Positions 63,663 to 64,000 of a stretch of 64,000 bases of DNA are shown here, piece after piece. The DNA lies in contig JBJBEO010000001.1 of assembly GCA_047284725.1 (NCBI GenBank), positions 2,264,203-2,328,202 of the forward strand, in the 5' to 3' direction. This DNA is from Synechococcus sp. (lineage in GTDB: Bacteria > Cyanobacteriota > Cyanobacteriia > PCC-6307 > Cyanobiaceae). Positions within the stretch are counted from its first letter, which is position 1. Every line of letters begins with the position of its first letter. Both the position numbers and the translations under genes were made by a program. Under the pieces are notes generated by a model that saw only the letters and a list, made by a program, of their open reading frames with translations, searched no databases and was not told the DNA's origin.

Positions 63663-63729
63663 CCTGTTCGGGGTTCAAGCCATCCACACTTGGGTTGATT
63701 CATCTGAACACCGTCATATCTCCGCCGCC

Positions 63730-64000
63730 ATGACCACCTCCAAGCCCCTCGACCTGAGTCTCCCCACCCCCGGCTGCCTGGCAGATGCGGAGCGCTCCGG
63801 CCTCGATGCGGATGCCGTGTTCGACGGCATGACCGAGCACCTGTTCTTCACCCTCGGGAAACTGGCCCCGACCGCCAGCCTCCATGACCTCTACATGGCC
63901 CTGAGTTACGCGGTGCGCGACCGACTGATGGCCCGCTATCTGGCCAGCCTGGAAGCGATCCGCGCCCGGCCGCAGAAAACGGTGGCCTACCTCTCGGCTG
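63730..64000 (+). CDS. glgP: Glycogen phosphorylase, 5' part; runs off the window edge
   Basis: Not in the ORF track. MTTSKPLDLSLPTPG...HLFFTLGK...DLYMALSYAVRDRL...KTVAYLSA matches the GlgP N-terminus. Confidence 0.9.
   Translation, partial: MTTSKPLDLSLPTPGCLADAERSGLDADAVFDGMTEHLFFTLGKLAPTASLHDLYMALSYAVRDRLMARYLASLEAIRARPQKTVAYLSA

Overview
The window looks like a picocyanobacterial (Synechococcus-like) chromosome segment dominated by cell-surface glycan genes. The taxon is inferred from ho1, the oxidoreductase-fused selD, glcE/glcF and the general gene order. From left to right it contains: (1) 1-9900, an AT-rich, probably acquired pseudaminic-acid-type operon (pseB, pseC, pseF, ABC exporter, orphan transferase candidate, methylase, a degenerate second NeuB-family gene, pseG, formyltransferase, pseI); (2) about 10300-12060, a heavily decayed CapD/WbpM-family pseudogene that the ORF track misses; (3) wza, wzc-like, galE, an outer-membrane protein, selD, pcrA, an ArnT-like GT-C gene and cca; (4) a glycosyltransferase/ATP-grasp cassette, the kdsABCD CMP-Kdo genes interleaved with a sulfotransferase and a GT-A gene, two tandem membrane paralogs, a second sulfotransferase, more GTs and a second ABC exporter; (5) ho1, a GtrA-YdjC fusion with a GtrB-like GT2, then central metabolism (icd, glcF, YgbK kinase, glcE, aldose epimerase, Na+/H+ antiporter, xfp, start of glgP). 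The strongest novelty candidates are a NeuB paralog lacking its metal-binding histidines, a NaxD/Lgm-like undecaprenyl-hexosamine pathway with a flippase-deacetylase fusion, and a GT-A gene translationally coupled to kdsB. I saw no rRNA, tRNA, CRISPR array or transposase. All calls come from motif recognition by eye; no database searches were run, and some start codons are my own estimates.
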